64,000 nucleotides of DNA from Batkoa obscura (taxonomy: Eukaryota), in assembly GCA_030770535.1 (NCBI GenBank), contig JASVEC010000029.1, positions 124,001-188,000 on the forward strand, in the 5' to 3' direction. Under the pieces are notes generated by a model, which was not told where the DNA came from, did no database searches, and saw only the letters and a list, made by a program, of their open reading frames with translations. Below, in pieces: positions 63,734 through 64,000 of this stretch. Positions within the stretch are counted from its first letter, which is position 1, and each line of letters begins with the position of its first letter. The position numbers were made by a program, and so were the translations under genes.

Positions 63734-64000
63734 TTACTCTGCCTTTTTTATAGCTTTAACAATTCTCATTTCCCCTTCATTCTCTCCTTCACTTTCCTCT
63801 TCGGAACTTGATGAACTATTCCCACTATCGCTTGAATATAATCTAGGTATCGTTTGTAATTTTCTAATTGAACTAGCTAATTTATAATAAAAATTGCCAT
63901 CATAATCACCATATGGAGGGGGTAACTTCATTCTTTTACTTTGTGAGAGTTTTGCTAAAGTATCTAGAGAGTGAATTAATTTTAGAGCTAATTTAGGTCG
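63734..64000 (-). CDS. 3' end of an unidentified protein that runs off the window
   Basis: Frame open from the window edge: RPKLALKLIHSLDTLAKLSQSKRMKLPPPYGDYDGNFYYKL... ending in a Ser/Glu-rich tail. Confidence 0.5.
   Translation of the reverse strand, partial: RPKLALKLIHSLDTLAKLSQSKRMKLPPPYGDYDGNFYYKLASSIRKLQTIPRLYSSDSGNSSSSSEEESEGENEGEMRIVKAIKKAE

Overview
Very AT-rich (roughly 20-25% GC by eye) eukaryotic DNA with short GT-AG introns. Gene content points to an early-diverging fungus, probably Zoopagomycota/Entomophthoromycotina (inference, not established). Intact genes, left to right: the 3' end of a kynurenine-formamidase-like alpha/beta hydrolase; three PRXL2/FAM213 (SelU-like) redoxin paralogs with a tRNA-Leu(AAG) between the first two; a DUF6787-like membrane protein; DPH1 divergent from SmF; a Bem2-like RasGEF-PH-RhoGAP; a 148-aa PacC/Rim101-type zinc-finger gene; two Con7-type zinc-finger genes; cytochrome b5; a divergent VTC1 / VTC4-like pair; an orphan protein; an A20/AN1 zinc-finger gene; a Syp1-like F-BAR protein; and a partial gene at the right edge. 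Things the ORF track misses: (1) a spliced non-coding host gene with two intronic box C/D snoRNAs that match 18S rRNA; (2) about 25 copies of a ~98-bp MITE, plus larger relatives, with GRG...CYC ends and 4-bp AT-rich TSDs (Sola-like signature); (3) three solo LTRs with perfect 4-bp TSDs; (4) two head-to-head pseudogenes of a probably secreted hydrolase, disrupted by nested transposons; (5) five GCCAAG PacC sites upstream of the truncated PacC gene; (6) loss of the catalytic RxR arginines in the Vtc4-like protein. All calls are by eye, with no database search.
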